Both the position numbers and the translations under genes were made by a program. The notes beneath the pieces are model-generated. The model saw only the letters and a program-made list of their open reading frames with translations. It made no database searches and had not been told where the DNA came from. Positions 1 through 32,895 of a DNA stretch of 64,000 bases are shown here, piece after piece (the first letter of the stretch is position 1; each line of letters starts with the position of its first letter). Source of the DNA: the human T2T-CHM13v2.0 reference genome, Homo sapiens; assembly GCF_009914755.1 (NCBI RefSeq), contig NC_060943.1; one strand, given 5' to 3'.

Positions 1-708
1 ACAGCTTGTGAAGAGATCTCAGAAGCAGTGTTAAGTTAAAAAATAAAAAAGAAAGAAGTAGAAGATTTATAGCACAATTCCACTTATGTAAATTGGAAAC
101 ACATACACACACGAGATCACAAATTATAAAGATACATCTTTGCAGCTATTTATCAAGTGCATTATAGTGGGTGTCTGTGGGGGTGCGATGGGAATGGGAA
201 TTGGCAATGGAGGAATAAAAGCCTTGGAGGGTCTTTCATGGGCCAATTGTGATCCTGTGTTATGATCTGAAGAGTATGATTAATAACTTTCTGCACCAAA
301 GGGCTAAGAAAAAAAATAAAGGAGTGAAAATAGGAAATGTCTGCACATCAGAGCAGTTTCTTACCTGCTACACAATTACTATTACTGCAGGGATGATGAT
401 AGCAAGGCAACCAGACTCACCGCCTGCCTTCTCTCCAGGCAGCCCCTCCAGTCCCCAGGAAATGCGCTTGCCCCCAGCGAATAAGGAGTTCCCTACCCCT
501 CTCATGCTACCCAGAGGGACAGAAAGGAGAAGTGGGCCTGCTACCCCCAGAGGTTCTCATCTTCTACCTGGGCTGCATATGGAATAGGGAGCAAGTACAT
601 AGGACTCATCATACCCCATTTCTGCCTCTATCCCACTGTGGGACCTTAGGCAAGTCACTTTGCCTTCCTATGCCTCAGTTATCTCACTAGTAAAATGGGC
701 ATGATTAT

Positions 709-1635
<927 letters not shown>

Positions 1636-1727
1636 ATTATAAAAATAACTACTCAGAGAAACATTAGGAGCATGAACTGAAATTAGTTAATGGGACATTC
1701 TTAAACCAATGGCAGAAGCTCCTTCTT

Positions 1728-2350
<623 letters not shown>

Positions 2351-2412
2351 AGAATAAAAAAGAAGCTTCCTCTCTGCCACTCAGGTAGCCTTATCCCTAA
2401 TCTCAGCCTCCG

Positions 2413-2660
2413 TCAGGGACTCCCTGAGGCCAGTTGGCTGAAAGCTGCCCAGGGAGTTCTAAGGATTTCAGTTTCTCTTTCCTTCTTGATGCAGCTCCCA
2501 GCTCACTTGGCCCTGCCCACACCTGTTCCCTCATCAGGCTCCCAGACGGGCCCCGCCCACTCATGCCTCTTAAGTCAAAGTGGAAATTCTCATTTCCAAT
2601 TACCTTTTCACTTTACACACATCATCTTGGATTGCCCATTTTGCGTGGCTAAAAAGCAGA
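2413..2660 (+). promoter_or_regulatory. IFNL1: IFNL1 proximal promoter: kappaB-like, ISRE/IRF-E, GC box and TATA-like elements
   Basis: GGGACTCCC 2416-2424 (inside palindrome TCAGGGAcTCCCTGA); GGGAGTTCT 2452-2460; ISRE-like TTTCAGTTTCTCTTTCC 2466-2482; GC box 2551-2558; GGAAATTCTC 2582-2591; IRF/PRDM1-like TTTTCACTTT 2605-2614; TAAAAA 2650-2655. Fits the known IRF plus NF-kB control of type III interferons. Confidence 0.8.
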
Positions 2661-2694
2661 GCCATGCCGCTGGGGAAGCAGTTGCGATTTAGCC

Positions 2695-4785
<2,091 letters not shown>

Positions 4786-4796
4786 CACCCCACACC

Positions 4797-4926
4797 TTAT
4801 TTATGCGCTGAGCCCTACTCCTTCCTTAATTTATTTCCTCTCACCCTTTATTTATGAAGCTGCAGCCCTGACTGAGACATAGGGCTGAGTTTATTGTTTT
4901 ACTTTTATACATTATGCACAAATAAA
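4797..4926 (+). terminator. IFNL1: IFNL1 3' UTR AU-rich elements and poly(A) signal
   Basis: ATTTA at 4799, 4829 and 4850 in U-rich context; AATAAA 4921-4926 followed by a long GT-rich tract (~4945-5175). Confidence 0.85.
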
Positions 4927-5178
4927 CAACAAGGAATTGGAACCTTCTGTGATAGGTGAATCCTTGAGTGTGTGTGTGATTGTGGGTCTGTGACTGGGTG
5001 TGGATGTCTGGGTGATGCAGGCAAAATTTGTGACTCGTTGTGTATATTTGTGTGTGCCTGACTTCTGTGACTATGTATGTATTTGTATGGAAATGAGTGT
5101 CTGCCTGAACTTGAGTCTAACCAAAGGTGCGTAACTGTGCATGTTCATGCCCACACGTGTGCAAGTATGTGTGTGTAC

Positions 5179-10908
<5,730 letters not shown>

Positions 10909-12100
10909 ATTTAATTGCTTATTTGTTTATTTCTCCTCCCTCTAGAATATAGGCACCACGGAGCAGGGCTTTCTTGTTTTGTTTCATCTATTTTGTTCAC
11001 TGCGATAGCCCCTACATAGGACCAGTTACATAATACATGCTCAATAATGCTTTATCAAGTGAATTAGAGACAAGATTCCTGATGGTTCTGTGTGCAGGTT
11101 GGAGGCAGTCAGCTTTCCAATCATGGCTCTGCTGTTAACTGGCTGTGTGATCTTGGAGATGCTCCTTAACCTCTCTGAGCTTCAGTTTCCTCATCTTGAA
11201 AATTGTGTGCACACACTGCATATACCTGTGCAGGCTTTAAATGCAGTCATACTTATTATTGGAGTAACTCCATTTCCTAAGCATTATGTGCCATGCACTG
11301 GGTTGCATGCTCTTTATCCGTGCATCAGGGAGGGTTTGGGAGCACTGTGCCTGGCTTGTGAAAAGCCCTCAGTACCTAGGAGTCGTCATGACTGACACAA
11401 ATGAGGGTGGTTGGGCTCCTGGGTGAGGAAGCCTCCTGGCCTGTGATTCTCTGGTGCCTCTGTCCTAGCAGCCTCCCACCCTGTCTGCCTAGATCCATCC
11501 CCCTCCCTCCTGCTCCGTTTCTATTTCTGTCTTTCTCTCCTCCTCCCCTGGCCTCAGGGGGCCCCTGGCTGGCAAGAAGCCTTCCTCCTTCTTCCCCAAG
11601 ATCAGGAAGGTGTTATCACTGCAGGGCCCCTGCAAGGACTGGGATGTCTGTCCCTCTCCTCTCCCCAACCAGCTTTCCTTCCCCAGCCACAGCCCTCAGC
11701 CTCACCTGAGAAACTCCTCTCCCCACACCATCCTCCATGCCCTCCGCCAGGGTCCCTCAGATTCCAGGCAGAGCGACACAAGAGGTCTTGTCCCTGAGCT
11801 CACCAGGCTAGCTGTGGATATCCAAGCTCAGCTAAGCTCATGGGGGCCATACCCCAGCTTCCGGACACAGACCCCAGAGGCAGCATAGTGTAGGGGTACA
11901 ATCAAACTTCCAGCTCCGCTATTTATTCATTGGGGGGATGGAGGGACTACGGCAAGTGACTTCATCTCTCTGTGGTTCAGGTTCTTGTCTGTAAAATGGG
12001 ACCAAGGATAGATCTACCCTACCCCACTGAGTTGTGAGGTCTCAGAGGGTGGAATGAATATTCAATAACTGCTCAGCAGTACAGTGCTCTAGTTGAGTAT

Positions 12101-12644
12101 TAAAGGAGTTCAGGGAATGTCACCCCAAAATATGGCACCCTGGTATGCTGATTATTTTAAATTAAAGGCACTTAGAGATCCATAGATGCTGGAAGAGGCT
12201 TTCCTCCTATGTCTTCTTATCTGCCTAAAGATCAAAAAGAACACAAGTGCCTTCTGTCCTCTCCCTGACATTTCATTATCTTTAACAGGAAAAAAAGACA
12301 GAGAAATGTCTACACCTGGACGGACTTTGTCACAAGAAATTATCTGTCTGTCAGTCTCAAATTCCAGAGACATTTACAAGCTAAATTCTATCTCCTGGAC
12401 CCATTTATTTTCCCCAAAATCATTTATTACCCCTCAAAATTGCCTTCCTTTCCCCATCTCCCCTCCTGTGAAGAAAGGTATATAAGTATATAAACCTCAC
12501 TGGGTTATTGGGTAATCACTTTCCTGTGATTTTCCTAGTGCATGTTAAATACCCTCCATATTCCTTTTCTCTTGTTAATCTATTGTCAGCCCATTCCAGT
12601 GAAATTTCAGAGAGTGAAGGGGAAGCTGTCTTTTCACCCCTATA
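12101..12644 (+). mobile_element. Solo ERV1-class LTR (MER34/MER39-like)
   Basis: 5' end AAGGAGTTCAGGGAATGTCACCCCAAAATATGGCACCCTGGTATGCTGATTATTTT resembles MER39/MER34 as I recall them; internal TATATAA 12479-12485; ends CCCCTATA; near-TSD gtat/gtag. Confidence 0.65.
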
Positions 12645-12998
12645 GTAGAGACTCAGAAGTTGGCCTGCCTGCCTTTTTAAATCCCAGTTTTACCACCTTG
12701 GGCCAGTTATTTAACTTTTCTGGGCCAAAATTCCCTCATCTGGAAAACAGGATAATAATACCGATATGTCCTGGTGTTGTGAGAATTAAATGACTTAAGT
12801 GCTTGGCACATAGTAAGTAAGTATTCACTAAGCGTTAGCTATTATGATCATTTTATTTTTGTGATTATTCCCCACCTCTAAGTCTCTCAGAGGATAAAAG
12901 CCTGTCTGCCAGTCTCCTCCGGCCCCAGTTAGTCATCTTCCCATCTTCCTTCAGTCTCACTTAGAGTCCTTATGCTGCAATCTAGGTCACCCTCCCCC

Positions 12999-12999
<1 letters not shown>

Positions 13000-13041
<42 letters not shown>

Positions 13042-13070
13042 CACGCGGACACACATACAGACACACACAC
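13000..13070. repeat. (CA)n microsatellite; GU-rich downstream element on the LRFN1 strand
   Basis: ~20 CA units just 3' (minus-strand sense) of the LRFN1 poly(A) hexamers. Confidence 0.9.
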
Positions 13071-13101
13071 AGGTCAGCAGGGCCTCAGACACAGAAAAAA
13101 G

Positions 13102-13183
13102 TTTAATTCTGCTGCGGCGGAGGGTCCCGGCTCCGGTAGGGAGGGGGATTTGGTTTTGGATTTTGTTCGTGTGGGGATTTATT
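13102..13183 (-). terminator. LRFN1: LRFN1 poly(A) signals
   Basis: Minus-strand AATAAA at 13178-13183 and ATTAAA at 13102-13107. Confidence 0.7.
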
Positions 13184-13899
13184 TGGGAGAGTCTGGTCCT
13201 TCCAGTGGGACCTGCCCGGGAGAATGAGTAAAGAGAAGAAATCAGGAGAGACAGGGAGACTAGACAAAACCAGGGAGGGCCGAGGGACAAGAGACGACAG
13301 GACAGAGAGAAAGGAGAGGCAAATAGGGAAAGACAGGCACTACAGAGAGACGACAAGAGGGCGGGATAGAGACAAACGAGGGAAACAGAGAAAGGGGGAC
13401 CCCAAGCCAGACCCGACCGGACCAGGAATGTGCGTGGGGTGGGGTGGGAGGCTTTGGAGGCCGCCGCGGGACAGAATAGGATCTAGTCCAGCCAGATACA
13501 AGAAATGGGCCCCTCGCCCCGGCCCCGGGTGACGGGCTGGGGGAGGGGGCTCGTGTCTCAGTGCTGCAGTGTCAGGGGGCCCTGCCCCTCCCCGCGCTTC
13601 GCTGTGTAAGGCACCGGCTCCAGCGAGGTCCGCGAGCGCGCGAGGGGAGGGGTAGGAGGGGGGTCGAGGAGTCCATAGGGGAAGGGAGGCCGGCAGCCGG
13701 TCCCCGAACCCCGCCCTGGGCACGGGGGCGTGGCCTCGAGCCGCAGCCCGAGGCTGCCCCGCCCCCTCCCGGGGACAAGGGCGCGTCTCCACTCTGGTCC
13801 AATGTCTTGGCGCTGCGCTTTCTCCCAGTCCCGCCCCAGCGTCCGTGCGGCTGGGCGTTTGGTCTGCGGCACCCAGGCGTCCCGGCGCCCGCCCGCCGC

Positions 13900-22141
<8,242 letters not shown>

Positions 22142-22348
22142 CTACTTGCGTGTCCCACCCTCACCTCTGCCCCTCCTGTAGTAGCTCCCAAACCTCTCAT
22201 GATCTCCCAACCAGAGGGGTGACACCTGGCCCAACCTGGGCCCTCCAGTACCCACTAAATTGTCTAAAAAATCACTGTTAACTATGGTTTAAGGCCCTGG
22301 CTATCCAAGCCATACTCCCTAGCTCCAAATCCCAGCTCTGATACTTAC

Positions 22349-22403
22349 TAGCTGTGTGACCTCCAGCAAGTATCTGAACCTCTCTGATTCTCGGTTTCTT
22401 CAT
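22349..22403 (-). other. LRFN1: Predicted LRFN1 5' UTR exon derived from a MIR element
   Basis: Minus strand ccttttacag|ATGAAGAAACC...CACAGCTA|gtaagt inside a MIR core (~22285-22520). Confidence 0.55.
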
Positions 22404-23269
22404 CTGTAAAAGGGAGATAGAAACAGGCCTTACTTCTGTGAGGATTAAATGTATTGATGAACATAGCATACTTAGAATAGTGCCAGGCATATAAAATGTG
22501 CTTATTACATGTTAGCAATCATCATCATGATCATCAAGTGCTTAATATGTACCAGGCATAGAACAGTGCCCTATTATTGAGAGTAAGTACTTTGAAATCA
22601 AACAGACTCAGGTTCAAATCCTGATTCCCCTTTTGCTAGCTCTGTGACCCCCAAGCCAATGATTTCCCCTAGCTAGGCTGTAATTTCTTAATCTGTAAAT
22701 TGGGATGATAATTGTACCATCTTCATTCATGTACCACCGACCATGCCTGGCATACAGTAAGTACTCAATAAATGTTAAGGGTTTCCCCCCTCCCGCCTCT
22801 GGCATTGGCAGGGAGAGTGTCAAAGTGGGAGGGACTGAGGAAAACACATCAGAGTCTTCCAGTTCAGCCTCAGGAAGGCCTTCTCTGAGGTCTGGTTTCA
22901 TCCTGGGCTCAGTTGAGCTCCCAAGCAAGGCAGACTTTCATGCTCACATCTTTGGGTACACACAACACACACACACACACTCACACACTCACACACTCAC
23001 GCTATGTCTCTGCTCCAGGCAAAACCTTCCGGCAGGGATTCCCCCTGCGGCGGCTGCAGCCCACGACATGTCAGTTCCCATCACAACACAGGGTGGGCGG
23101 GGGGTGAAGAGGAAAGGATGGGAAGGGGGCGTCCCTAAAACTGTTTTCACCCCACCCTGCCCTGTACCCTAGCCCCTGCTGGCCTACCTCCCAGGAATCT
23201 GTGTTTGGGGCTACGGCCTTAGGTGGCTTTGATCTTCCTGCCAGTGGGGAGGGGGCCTGGGACAGAGAC

Positions 23270-23542
23270 CAGGAAAGTCAGAGACAGAGGTGAAGAGAGA
23301 CAAGGAGAGACCAGGGGGAGGGAGAAGTGGACTGGCAAAGAGAGAGAGACAGATTGGGAGAGAAACAGAGAGACAAAAAGATGAGTCTGAAAGGAAGGTG
23401 AACAGACAGAAAACTGAGAGTGAAGAATGAGACACAGAAAAGAGAGAGACACAGAAAAAAGACACAGAGATGGAGAGAAAAATAGAGACAGTATTAGAGA
23501 GAAAAAGACAGAGGAGGAAAGAGACAGAGAGTAAGAGAGACA
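23270..23542. repeat. GA-rich low-complexity tract
   Basis: gagaca/gagaga repeats seen directly. Confidence 0.85.
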
Positions 23543-24592
23543 ATGACCGGGCTGAAGGCGGAAAAAGAGGCCGGATCGGGGTGTCCTACCATCTCTGAGT
23601 TCACCCCAAATCTGTCCTTCACTCCCTCTAGATCACTACTCTACAATGTACTGGAAACCCTGGCCTAGAAAGGGGGACTCCAGAATTAGGAGCCTGAGTC
23701 TGCCCCTGCTTGGCTGTGGGGTCTTCAGGGCTCAGAATCCCAGTCTATGAAACAGAAGTCCAGAGCCTCGCCTCCGACAGCTGGGGTAGGACTCAAATGG
23801 AGGGAATAATAATAGCAATGGAAATAGCTAACATTTATGGAGAGTGGTGCAGCACTGCAGGACAGAATCCGCCCTACTGCCTGGGTTCAGACCTCACCTC
23901 CCCACTGTGTGACTTTAATCAAGTGACTTCCCCTTTCTGTGCCTCGGTGTGCTCATCTGTCAAATGGGAATAATAATGGCACCCACCTCATAAGGTTGCT
24001 ATGAGGATTTAATGAGATAATATTTTATGACATGCTTAGAATAGTTCCTGACAAAGTAAACACTATATACATGTGAGCTGCTGCTATTATCATTATTATT
24101 ATTACTATTATTATTACTAATTTATTATTTTCTCCAGCTTTCTCAGCCACCAGGAGGTCAGGCTATCGGGAGATCTTCCCACACCCATGCACACGCACAT
24201 ACAAAATGGGCAAACATATTCACTCAACCCTCTAAATGCAGGGGTCATTTCATATCTTGACATATTCTTGTATCCTTTACTGATATCATGAGGAAACCTT
24301 GCTTTCCCAAACACCTTAACCATCCTGAGAATGAATGTCTCTTGGCCTGAAACCCCCCACCTGCTCCCCAGAGCCACCTGGCCACCACAAGCCCTCACCC
24401 AACTTTGATGTTCCTGACCTTGTCACCACTCCCCAGCCTTGGACAGAGTGGTGGGCAACTGGTCCTTCAGGAAACTGTCATCCCCTGAACTGAAATCCAT
24501 GCGAGGCAGGGTTCCAGACCCCCAGCTGGCTGACAGCAAGCCCCATCACCCCCCATGTCTCTCTCTCTCTGAAGCCTTACGGCTCTACTCAC

Positions 24593-24625
24593 CTCTCTTC
24601 AGGGAGTCAGGGCCTGGGCCAGCAC
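24593..24625 (-). other. LRFN1: Predicted 33-nt LRFN1 5' UTR microexon
   Basis: Minus strand tctgttcctttgcag|GTGCTGG...GAAGAGAG|gtgagt, strong acceptor and donor. Confidence 0.6.
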
Positions 24626-24832
24626 CTGCAAAGGAACAGAACCACCTTGTTAGCATCGTTCTGGCTCTTCTCTGTGCACCAGATCTTGCCTTGGAGACCA
24701 TCCCGGCCAAGGAAGTCCCTGGTGTGATCACGCTCTCAGTCCTCCTGTGGCGGGTTTTGCATAGTCTCACAGGAACCCAGAAGTCCTCTCTGGAATCCTA
24801 GATTAGGCCTCAGGGTTGTTCACCCTCCAAAG

Positions 24833-24980
24833 CCCAGGAGTCGAGGACTTTAGCCCTTTGTCCTCTGGGGTTTCAGGAGCCAAGAACCCCAGCCCCCTCT
24901 TCCCTCTGACCCAAGAGTCCAGACCAGACCTCTGGCCCTCCATTAGAACCCAAGAGTTTACATCCCAGCCCCTCAACTCC
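24833..24980 (+). repeat. About four degenerate MSR1-like 37-39 bp minisatellite units
   Basis: Units at 24833, 24871, 24910 and 24949 resemble CCCAGGAGTCCAGGCCCCCAGCCCCTCCTCCCTCAGA, the chr19q13-enriched MSR1 repeat. Confidence 0.6.
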
Positions 24981-26575
24981 AAAGTCCTGAACGGTACCAA
25001 GAGCTGGGGAAGGGCCAAAGTTTCCCATCCTTGCCATGATACTATTGCCCACACCAACATGTGTGTCCATGTCAGAACCCACGCAAGCCCACAACCCAAG
25101 TCTCTACATCTGGATTTCTATGAACATAGCAACATGATCTGTGTGCCCTCCGCCCTCTATGGGCACTTGGCCTGGCATATGGACACACTGTGTCCAGGGA
25201 CCCCAGGCGGGACCCCAGTATACCAGAGGTCATGCCACATGGGCCTCAAACCCACTGAACCCAAGAGTAGGGACAGCCTTGTGCCAGGGCACAGACACAT
25301 GTGTCTTTCACATACATGTCTGAACATACACAACCCCCAGAGACCAACACCAAAACACAAACAGACTCACAACATAGATGGATACATACCCTCAAGGTTG
25401 ACACACCTGCATGCAACAATACATGTACAACACTGACTCTGCCATGCAAGTTCACACACACAAATGCACAGATACAACAGAGAAACTCATGTGCCCCCTA
25501 ACAGACAACCAGGTACATGCATTTACAACAGATCTACCTTGCACACTCACCAGCACACAGGGGCACACACATCTAACAAACACACACACACCTGTGCAAA
25601 CATACACAAGTGCACACTCTTAAATGCCTAGACACACTCATACTTCACACATCTCCATGTTGCAAAGTTGATACAGCACCACGCTAACAGATACATACCT
25701 CACACACACACACACACACACACACAAAACCACAAGCATACAGATACGAGGCTGATCCACACTGGAACACGCACACAGGCACAAAAAGATCCACCTTTGC
25801 AGACACGCCAAGATGTTCACTCATAACAGACACATGCTCACACAACAGTCCTGTGATTTACACACTTCCAAATGCATAGAAAATACTGAACCACAGTAGC
25901 ACAGTCAGTAGACAGGCCCAGATTCACACTCACACAGTCTTGGACACACATTCCTCCCAGCCCTGAGGCACCCCCCCACCACCCCACCTACTTACTTCCC
26001 AGGCCCAAGAAATCCTAACATCCCTGCAGCACATTCAGCATCCTGCCCTCCACACCCCCAAAAAACCAGGGCAAAAGCCAGGCCAGAGGTCAGAGTTCAG
26101 CAGGTGGAAACTCAAGAGGATTTGGGGGTTTGAGTCCTAGATCACCGTTTCAAGGAGATCCTCCCACCAGCAGCCCCAAAGGTTCCCCAGCCTGGCCATC
26201 AGGATGGAGGTAACTCTGGCTCCGTCTGCAGATGTCTGGCCGGTGGGGGAATTAGGGTGGAGTGGGTGGGGAAGGGCCGGGTCTTCGCCCCCCAACCCCC
26301 ACCTCAGGGCCCATCTGTCCATTTCTCGGCCTCTCATCCCCCCTCCATCTGTCCACCTCCTGGCCGCCCATCCCCCCCCCGCAACCACCGGGAAGGGGAA
26401 GACATGGCCGCTTCCCCCAGGACCGCTAAGGACCCCCCAGTTGACATGGACCGAGGGAGCGGCGAACTCCCCTCCCCCAAATCCACACCGAGGCCTGGGC
26501 GCCGAGCCTCAGCCCCCAAGCCAGCAACCTGCCGTGGACTCACAGATACACACCCTCGGAGACATACAACCCGCA

Positions 26576-26615
<40 letters not shown>

Positions 26616-26689
26616 TGGACACCCGAGCGGGCACACCCGGCTCCACAGACCCGGGGATGGACATCCAACCCGGACACAAACACCCAGAG

Positions 26690-27430
26690 CAGCTAGTCGC
26701 GCACGCACATGGGCTTGGGGGGGACCCACACCTGGGCACACAACCCACGCACACACACACCTGCACACAGCCCCTCCGATGGGCGCGCGACAGCGCCCAG
26801 ACACACAGCCGGAGGGGCGGCCGCTCGGGGGGACACGCGTGCACAGCCGGACACGCCGGCCGGGCTCGACACCCCGCGCACACCCGATGGCCACACGGGC
26901 AGGGCGCCGCACACGCCGGCACCGGGCACACATAGGGCCGCGCGGGCGCACGCCGGGCCCGCCGCAGCGCCACGGACACACACTCGCACGCTCGCACGCT
27001 CACACCCGCGCACACACCCGCGCCCCCGCCCGCCGCTCCCGGGCCGCTGCAGGCCGCGCTCACCCAGCCCGGGGGGGCCCCGGGCCCGGCCCCGCCGCCG
27101 CTGCCTCGCTCCGCGCCATGGTGGGGGGAGGGCCGGGGGAGGGGGCGCGGTGCCGCGGGGCCGCCTCCCTCCCGCCTCCCGCCCTCCCTCCCGAGCCGCA
27201 GCCGAGCTCCGCCCTCCGCGCCGCCCGCCGCCACCGCCGCCGCAAGGGGGGAGGGGGCGCCGACTGGTGGGGGCGGCCGGGCGGGGCGGTCGCACACCCG
27301 GGATCCCCGCCCCGAACCCGCCGCAGACCCCTCTCCACTGCCGAGCCGCCGCGGGCCCGCCCCCGACCCTTCCCCAGCCCCACCCCCAGCCCCGCCGGCC
27401 TCCCCGGAGACCCCCCCAGACCACGCCCCA
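26690..27430 (-). promoter_or_regulatory. LRFN1: LRFN1 promoter CpG island and first exon (donor at 27064/27063)
   Basis: Very high GC and CpG density, GC boxes; minus-strand donor GGCTGG|gtgagc. Confidence 0.8.
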
Positions 27431-27440
27431 ACTGGCCTAG

Positions 27441-28060
27441 GGACCCCGGATCTCCCTACAGAGACCTCCCATCACGTCCTAATACCCAGGGGGACCTCGG
27501 ATCAGGCCTCACCTCTTTTGAGAACCCAGGCGATGTTCTAGGGCCACCCAGGACCACAAATCATGCCCTGCTCTCCTGCTTGACCTCAGACTATGACCCA
27601 CACACTGTCAGGAACCCCAGACCATGCCCCCAAACCCAGAAGAATCCCAGATCATATCCCAGCATCCAAGGGGATCCAGACCACCCCACCAGCAACCCTA
27701 AATCATATCCCAACATTCAGATAGACCCCCAGACCACACCCCTTCCCTCACGGACCCCAAATCATACCCTAACATCGGGGGAGACTTCAGACCATATGTC
27801 AGCCAAATCCCAGATGGTGCCTGACTCCCTTTGGGGACCCAAACCACATTCTACAGCCACCAGAACCACAAATCATATTCCACTCCTTCTTGGGGACCCC
27901 CAGCCATGTCCTTCTACCCTCAAGGACCCTAACCCATTCCCTTACCCCCAGTATGAACTCCAAACCATGCCTAACTTCTAGGGGGCCCTAAAATGTCTCT
28001 TATCCCTATGGAAGACCCTTAAACTTTCCCCATGAACCCCATTAGACCCCAAACCATCTT
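27441..28060 (+). repeat. Degenerate ~30-bp-period tandem array, core RACCYCARAYCAYRYCC
   Basis: Core starts at ~27552, 27582, 27613, 27643, 27673, 27694, 27724, 27753, 27783, 27806, 27836, 27864, 27895, 27925, 27956, 27985, 28014, 28045, with weaker copies at 27442 and 27493. Confidence 0.75.
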
Positions 28061-28517
28061 CCACCCCTTTGACCTTACACCTTTCTCTCTCCTTCTCCTC
28101 CAAGACATCCTTTGGTTTCCAAAACTCCCCAATTAGCCCCAATTTTTTCCCACCCCCTACTAGTCCTGCCCCCTTGAGGACCCTGCCTCCTTCTTGCTCC
28201 AGTTCTTTCTCTTGGACCCTGAAAGTCCCCCCTCCCTGTGACTTCCATAGAGCCCAGAATGCCTTGCTCCTTCCTAGTTCAGACCCCTTTGCCCATCCCC
28301 TGTCCCATAGCTGAACCCCACCCCTTCCCTCAAACCCCACTGAGTATCTCAGGCCACTCTCCTTCTCTTTCTGAGATATTCACAGGGTCCCTAAACCCAG
28401 CAACTTCTCCCCTAAAAATCTGTGTTGTTTCATGCAGTGCCCCAGATTCCTGGGGTCTCAAACCCTTCTCGTTTTGGATCCCACTGTACAGAGGTCCTCC
28501 TCTAAACCCCTTTCCTA

Positions 28518-32165
<3,648 letters not shown>

Positions 32166-32719
32166 AACATGTGTTCTCAAATGCGTCTTGGGAGAGGACT
32201 GGGGATCTAGTCTGGCTCCAGACTCAGTTCAGGGACCACAGGAAGGAATAAATAACGACCTCTTAGCCCAGGTTCCCTAGAAGAAAAGGGTATACCCAGC
32301 AGCTGGAGAATGTCCCATAAGGTAAGGGAATGTGTGAGTTGGCCTGAAAAACGGGCAACAGGTTGAACTAGACATCTTAATTGTTTCCCTGGAGCCCTAA
32401 TTCCTGCCCCAAACCTAATACAGACCCTCTACCAATCCCATTCTTCTGGCCCCGCCCCAAGCCTAGGCCCCACCCCCAGACTCTTAGGCCCTGCCCCAAA
32501 GCAAAAACTCCAGCCCTTTTAAAGCTAAGCAATGCCCATTCCGGCCCTTTCAAGGTTAGGAAGTCCCCCAAGTCTAGGGCACCGACTCAAAACTTAGGGA
32601 GCTTGGATCTGTGGGCGTTTATAGGATAGGTTGGTGGAACTAGAGGAGGCGGTCCCCAGTTTGTACTGCCTCTCCAGGGAATCTCCCCAAACCCGAAGAC
32701 ACGTCCCATTGTGCTGACT

Positions 32720-32895
32720 CCTCATTGGATAGTGCAGTCTGTTCTGGCCTCTCTGATTGGTCCTTCCACAATCCCTAGCTGTACTCCCTCTGCATTGGAC
32801 TGCGCCTGTGAGCCACCCTTTCTGATTGGCCCCTGCTTTCCCATGCTTTGCTCCTGATCGGGCAAGTCCTTGTGCATGGCTCTTTCTGATTGGAC
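32720..32895 (-). promoter_or_regulatory. Array of six CCAAT (NF-Y-type) boxes
   Basis: ATTGG at 32724, 32756, 32794, 32825, 32889 and ATCGG at 32857; three are full CTGATTGG. Confidence 0.7.

Noticed and set aside
26962-26982. Possible REST/RE1 site (CAGCGCCACGGACA) in LRFN1 intron 1
   Set aside because: About six mismatches to the 21-bp consensus, including the GACAG core, in GC-rich background.
26257-27981. 574-aa + strand ORF antisense to the LRFN1 promoter
   Set aside because: Non-ATG (GTG) start; it runs through a (CA)n tract, a CpG island and a C-rich array, all of which lack stop codons by composition. No recognisable domain, and several overlapping frames are also open.
27441-28060. 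CRISPR-like reading of the core-plus-spacer array
   Set aside because: Human DNA; cores are degenerate and non-palindromic, spacers are only ~13-16 nt, and no cas-like ORFs are present.
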